A DNA stretch of 64,000 nt from a bacterium (GTDB lineage Bacteria > Hinthialibacterota > Hinthialibacteria > Hinthialibacterales > Hinthialibacteraceae). The stretch is from the NCBI GenBank assembly GCA_963662285.2, contig CAXXMV010000003.1, positions 192,001-256,000 on the forward strand, in the 5' to 3' direction. A model generated the notes under the pieces. That model saw nothing but the letters and a program-made list of their open reading frames with translations. It made no database searches and was not told the DNA's origin. The position numbers and the translations under genes are program-made. Positions 59,639 to 64,000 of the stretch are shown here, one piece after another (the first letter of the stretch is position 1; each line of letters opens with the position of its first letter).

Positions 59639-60616
59639 ATGAGATTAACAACCGTCGTCTTATTATTATCGTTATCATTGGCTAGTTTAGCCAATGACGG
59701 GAACGATTCGCCTTTGTTTGCAAAAGATGATCCCCGCATTGTTACAGCATTATTGCAACTCTCTTCATTTGGCAACGATCAAGAAGCCAACCGTGATAAA
59801 GCGGAGCACTATTGCCGGGAGGCGTCGAAGCAGGGGGCGGATATCGCGCTTATGAGTGAAATGTGGAATATCGGTTACACGCGATTCGATGCAAGTGTTG
59901 AAGGCGAACGCGAAAAGTTTTGGAATCGCGCAGTGGCGAAAGATGGGCCGTGGGTGCAACATTTCGCCCGCCTTGCCAAGGAATTAAAAATGGCTATCGC
60001 AGTGACTTACTCACAGAAATGGAATCCTTTGCCGCGCAATGCCGTCACCATATTCGATTGGAAAGGAAACGAAGTCTTGACCTATGCAAAAGTGCATACC
60101 AGTGATTTTAAATCGATGGAAAGAAACATGACTCCTGGAGAGGATTTTTACACCGGCTCTTTAGAAACTGCTAAAGGAACCGTCACCGTAGGGTCGATGA
60201 TTTGTTTCGACCGCGAACAACCTGAAAGCGCCCGCATTCTTATGCTCAAAGGCGCTGAATTGGTATTGACGCCCAACTGCTGCGGTTTAGATGATCTGCG
60301 CATCCAGCAGTTTCGCATCCGCGCTGTTGAAAACTTGTTTGGCGTGGCTATGACAAACTACCCGAAGCCATATAACAACGGTCATTCCGTTGCGTTTGAT
60401 CCGGGTGGGCGCTGCCTTGTTCAGGCAGGGGAAGAAGAAGGCGTCTTTTACGCTGCATTTGATATGAAAGATATCCGTCGGCGACGGGCCAAATCCATTT
60501 GGGGCAATGCATACAGGCGACCTCACCGTTATTCAATTTTGAGTGAAATAATTCGCGATCCGGTATGGGATCGTATTGATGGAATCGGTCAACCCTATAA
60601 ACCAGAGAAACGTTGA
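59639..60616 (+). CDS. Carbon-nitrogen hydrolase (nitrilase superfamily) with signal peptide
   Basis: Glu-Lys-Cys triad in SEMW, YAKVH and ICFDRE; RAVEN; GAGG RBS. Confidence 0.88.
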   Translation: MRLTTVVLLLSLSLASLANDGNDSPLFAKDDPRIVTALLQLSSFGNDQEANRDKAEHYCREASKQGADIALMSEMWNIGYTRFDASVEGEREKFWNRAVAKDGPWVQHFARLAKELKMAIAVTYSQKWNPLPRNAVTIFDWKGNEVLTYAKVHTSDFKSMERNMTPGEDFYTGSLETAKGTVTVGSMICFDREQPESARILMLKGAELVLTPNCCGLDDLRIQQFRIRAVENLFGVAMTNYPKPYNNGHSVAFDPGGRCLVQAGEEEGVFYAAFDMKDIRRRRAKSIWGNAYRRPHRYSILSEIIRDPVWDRIDGIGQPYKPEKR

Positions 60617-60785
60617 TATATCTCTTGTGATTTTATATATTCCTTTTTGTTTGTTATAATTGTATTTTGTGTAATCTGTAAAAAACACTTTAGTAAACGC
60701 AATCCATACAATTATCATAACTACCCGGTTGCATAAAATCTTGAATATCCCAACAATCCAGCAAATCCTGATTCAGACAAAAATT

Positions 60786-60824
60786 AAAAAAAATCCCCCG
60801 GTTCCTCAAAAGAAACCGGGGGAT
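60786..60824 (-). terminator. Intrinsic terminator of the zinc metalloprotease gene
   Basis: ATCCCCCGGTT...AACCGGGGGAT stem with an A8 tract on the left (U tract on the - strand), 16 nt after the stop. Confidence 0.85.
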
Positions 60825-60840
60825 AATTGGTTAGTCTAAA

Positions 60841-63800
60841 CTACCAACGGTCAACCCGTGCGCTTATATTGGCATTAAGCGTACGTTGTATCTTAACCAG
60901 TGATTCAGCAAGATGGTCGCGGGTATAGTCATCAATTGTTTCCACGCCTTCAATGGCTTTCACCATAGTCGATAAATGCTTCTCCAGGTCTACCAGCGTA
61001 CGCCAGGCTTGGGTGCGTGCGTCATCCGGCATTCCGTAAGGCGCCTGTAATGTTATCTCTATCATGCGTTTCAGGTGCAGGCGTTGCAGCGTCCTGCGGT
61101 AAGTGGAAATTAATGGATTTTTGTTGCTATAGGATTTATCAAGATCAATATTGACTTTTCCATCAGAATCCAGCCGAATGTTGCTATACACTTCATTCCA
61201 GATTCCCTGCTTAAAACGGCGGAAAAACTCTGGAACAGTGAAAGCGATCTGCCCTTCGTTTAGTTGCTTTTCCGCATCAATCAAACGGCGCATTATTAGT
61301 GGAGAATAAGCCGAGTACAAAATAACGTCATACATATTCTCAACCATTGAACTGAGTGAATATTCACTGGATGCTGTTGATAAACTTGATCCCCAGTGAT
61401 ACCATTTTTCCGCCGCCATCATATTGAGCATCTCAGGATCAACGTCAAAAATCTTGTCGGAGAATATCGTCTCAACAATAAAATTAACCGCTTCACGCTG
61501 ACGCGCAGCAGATACTGGCTCCAATGGCGCTGGATCGTTGGGGCCGCCCTTTTTGACGCGGTTAACGTATTGCCCGCCAATGTATTTCAAGGCGAAACTC
61601 GTACTGTCGAAATAATAACTCAACAGACGGTTATATGCCATACGCACCATTAGGTAGGTATCGCCATCCTTTACCAGGTTAGGTAATTTCGGGATAGTGT
61701 CCTGAACCAACTGAGTGGTTTGCTTGCCGAACGCCAGTGGATCATTGCCTAGATCAAAGGTGTTGCACAATGGATCAAGGCTTCTTCCGTAAGCGTCTTC
61801 GTCCGTGCCATAAGTATACTTGGGCGTCTCAGCCTTTTCCGCAATAGCGTTAAGTATGCTGGCTTCCGTCTCTCCCGTGGCTGGATTAATTTCTCTATAG
61901 GCGTATTCAACCGCCAGATAATCATAAGGGCCGATGGTCGGTTCGAAATAGTAACCTTGCTCAACTCCTTCTGGAGCGATGTTGATGGGTAGGTATTCCA
62001 TAATGCTGCTGGTCAGACCTGTTTCTTTAGTCAACGCTTTGTTATGCAAATCCTCCAGGGGATGCAAGGTGCTGGCTTCAAAATTATGCCGGAAGCCTAG
62101 TACATGACCCCATTCATGGCATATCAGAGAGAATAAATACTGGTTGATGAAATCGTCTTTGACCTCTTCTGAAATATTATCTATCCCAGCGCGGGCCGAC
62201 ATGATTGTCATTCCGAAAGCCGCTTGATCCGCTTTGGCGCTTTGGTAGTCGGTCATCATTTGGCGGGCATTAACCGGCGCTTCGCCTGTCAAACGTTCTT
62301 TTAACATTGCTACGCGGTCCGGTTCACGGACGCGGCGTAAATTCAACAATCCGCGAAGATTCTCCGCTTCGACCAGAAAACTACCGTGTAAAATCTCACC
62401 CGTCCTGGGATCAGCCACCCACTGAGCCACTCCGCCATAAGCCATATCATGCGATTCATTCCAATGGATGGTGTTATAACGTGAATCCGAAACATCCCAA
62501 CTGGCGTCATCCGGTTGCTCTTTCACCACCAGGGCGCCTTTAACGCCGATCTTTTCAAACGCTTTGTTCCATTCCAGCAAACCATCCCGAATCGCTCCAC
62601 GGTATTTCTTGGGAACCGTGTTTTCGATCCATACCACTATCGGCTTGACTGGAGGTGACATCTCCAGTTCGGGGCTGGCTTTGCGGACGTCCCATTTGCT
62701 GATATAACGAACAAAGCGCGTTGCCCGTTCATTATCCGTAAAATCTATATGAGCCTCAAGAAAATGTCCAATCCGCGTATCAGCTACGCGGGGTTTGAAA
62801 TCAGGATTGTCTTTCAACTCGCGGATATCCAATAACAAGTCCAATTGAACGCTGCCCGAATGAGGAACCGCTATGGTTCCCCCCATGCCGCCAGAACGGA
62901 ATGCGTAAGATGTACGGACAACTATATTCTCAGGGAACACCTTGGTTTTCTTTACATAACTGTTGCTGCGGTCGAAACCATAGGCGCCGCCCAGCGAACT
63001 GTTCACATCACGGCCCATGCTGAAAAAGTCGGTCAGTAAAAATTTCCCCATCTCGATCACGTAAGCCGAGTTTTCCGGATTGGTAACATCAATAGGAAAT
63101 GAAGCTATTATCGCATCACTATAATTCTTGGCGATAGCCGCTTCTTTTTGAGAGTCTCCAGGAGCGACGAAACGGGTATTTTTTTGGATCAATTGCAACT
63201 TATTATCAATTTTACGGAACTGCACTACCAATCCGCCCATGTATGTACCCGGCTTCACCCAACCTGAACCCAATCCAGTAGCCAGTGTTCCAGAAGCCAT
63301 CAGGTTCTTGTCGGTCTGCTCTGGTAGAATTTCCCAATATATTTTCTCGTCTTTGGCTGTATAAACCGTAAATAATCCGGCTTCTTTGGTGGCGTCTTTG
63401 ATCAAGGTAGCGAATTTACCTGGTTTCTCAGGTTTATCAGCTGGCTTTGGTTTTGCCGCGCCATTGGCAGGAGGTTTTTGACCGGCAGGTTTAGCTGGTT
63501 GCTTCACTGCTCCATTCTCATTTTTGGTCATCTCACCGGAAATTGTTCCTCCGCTGATCGTAACGTCGGAATTAATAAATATAGCCTGTATGCCATAGTT
63601 ATAGACTTTTATATCGCCTACTTCATTCTCTGTAGAGTTTTCAGATTTGGATTCAGTTTTAGTTTTATTGACGTTACCGTCTTTAGAATCCTTGTCTGAT
63701 TTAACCTCGACTTTAACTTCACTAGCCTTCTTTTCAGCGGTTCCGCTTTTAACTTCCGCCTCGGCTTTATGCTCTTTTTCACCATAGGCGGGACAGATCA

Positions 63801-63855
63801 TCAGCCCCAGGGCAAGAAGAATGAATAAACTTAAATTTCTGCAAGAATAAAACAT
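60841..63855 (-). CDS. Secreted zinc-dependent metalloprotease (DUF5117/DUF4953, EcxA-like metzincin)
   Basis: PRVADTRIGHF, KPIVVWIENTVP, EWNKAFE, DPRTGEIL, HEWGHVLGFRHNF, SSIMEY Met-turn, IGPYD. True start ATG 63855 (AGGAGG RBS, then signal peptide). Confidence 0.9.
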   Translation of the reverse strand: MFYSCRNLSLFILLALGLMICPAYGEKEHKAEAEVKSGTAEKKASEVKVEVKSDKDSKDGNVNKTKTESKSENSTENEVGDIKVYNYGIQAIFINSDVTISGGTISGEMTKNENGAVKQPAKPAGQKPPANGAAKPKPADKPEKPGKFATLIKDATKEAGLFTVYTAKDEKIYWEILPEQTDKNLMASGTLATGLGSGWVKPGTYMGGLVVQFRKIDNKLQLIQKNTRFVAPGDSQKEAAIAKNYSDAIIASFPIDVTNPENSAYVIEMGKFLLTDFFSMGRDVNSSLGGAYGFDRSNSYVKKTKVFPENIVVRTSYAFRSGGMGGTIAVPHSGSVQLDLLLDIRELKDNPDFKPRVADTRIGHFLEAHIDFTDNERATRFVRYISKWDVRKASPELEMSPPVKPIVVWIENTVPKKYRGAIRDGLLEWNKAFEKIGVKGALVVKEQPDDASWDVSDSRYNTIHWNESHDMAYGGVAQWVADPRTGEILHGSFLVEAENLRGLLNLRRVREPDRVAMLKERLTGEAPVNARQMMTDYQSAKADQAAFGMTIMSARAGIDNISEEVKDDFINQYLFSLICHEWGHVLGFRHNFEASTLHPLEDLHNKALTKETGLTSSIMEYLPINIAPEGVEQGYYFEPTIGPYDYLAVEYAYREINPATGETEASILNAIAEKAETPKYTYGTDEDAYGRSLDPLCNTFDLGNDPLAFGKQTTQLVQDTIPKLPNLVKDGDTYLMVRMAYNRLLSYYFDSTSFALKYIGGQYVNRVKKGGPNDPAPLEPVSAARQREAVNFIVETIFSDKIFDVDPEMLNMMAAEKWYHWGSSLSTASSEYSLSSMVENMYDVILYSAYSPLIMRRLIDAEKQLNEGQIAFTVPEFFRRFKQGIWNEVYSNIRLDSDGKVNIDLDKSYSNKNPLISTYRRTLQRLHLKRMIEITLQAPYGMPDDARTQAWRTLVDLEKHLSTMVKAIEGVETIDDYTRDHLAESLVKIQRTLNANISARVDRW

Positions 63856-63920
63856 CAATAAGCCTCCTGAAAAATTTCTAATGAATATCTTGTACTTTGA
63901 CCAACTTATTATGCCGTATA

Positions 63921-63964
63921 ACCAAGTCCCCTCTTCCACCGGGAGAGGACTAGGGTGAGGGGGC
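63921..63964 (+). repeat. Intact family-C palindrome
   Basis: ACCAAGTCCCCTCTTCCACCGGGAGAGGACTAGGGTGAGGGGGC; related to 46428 and to the split copy at 28315. Confidence 0.75.
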
Positions 63965-64000
63965 ATAACAGAAAAACACCGCCTGACAAAAGAAATTGGT

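Noticed and set aside
63856-63966. N-terminal extension MPPHPSPLPVEEG of the metalloprotease ORF
   Set aside because: It is a translation of the family-C palindrome. The AGGAGG RBS and signal peptide place the start at 63855.

Overview
Bacterial chromosomal window of about 35 CDS. I saw no rRNA, tRNA, CRISPR array, transposase or phage genes. It encodes many exported catabolic enzymes (GH106, GH20, two SGNH hydrolases, an esterase, nucleoside-hydrolase-like and nitrilase-like proteins, two metzincin proteases), envelope and glycosylation genes (two GT39-like, two GT4, a sulfotransferase, O-antigen-ligase/TPR, LolC/E and LolD, YihY, YggT), a CobA/HemD fusion, a fused NfnAB-type oxidoreductase and a multi-PAS hybrid kinase. 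This fits a diderm, polymer-degrading heterotroph; a PVC-like or candidate-phylum organism is an inference only. Two things stand out. (1) An 11.6-kb gene (8230-19803) encodes a secreted ~3860-aa multi-protease: three copies of a putative Cys-His-Asp papain-like module, a novel repeat domain, five 169-aa Cys-rich modules that expanded by unequal recombination, FG-GAP repeats and an M6 metalloprotease. (2) At least four families of short intergenic palindromes (REP-like) are almost all in + orientation, form composites and arrays, and in one case one family sits inside another. A ~959-codon minus-strand gene running off the left edge is missing from the ORF track. All calls come from reading motifs by eye; no database searches were run.
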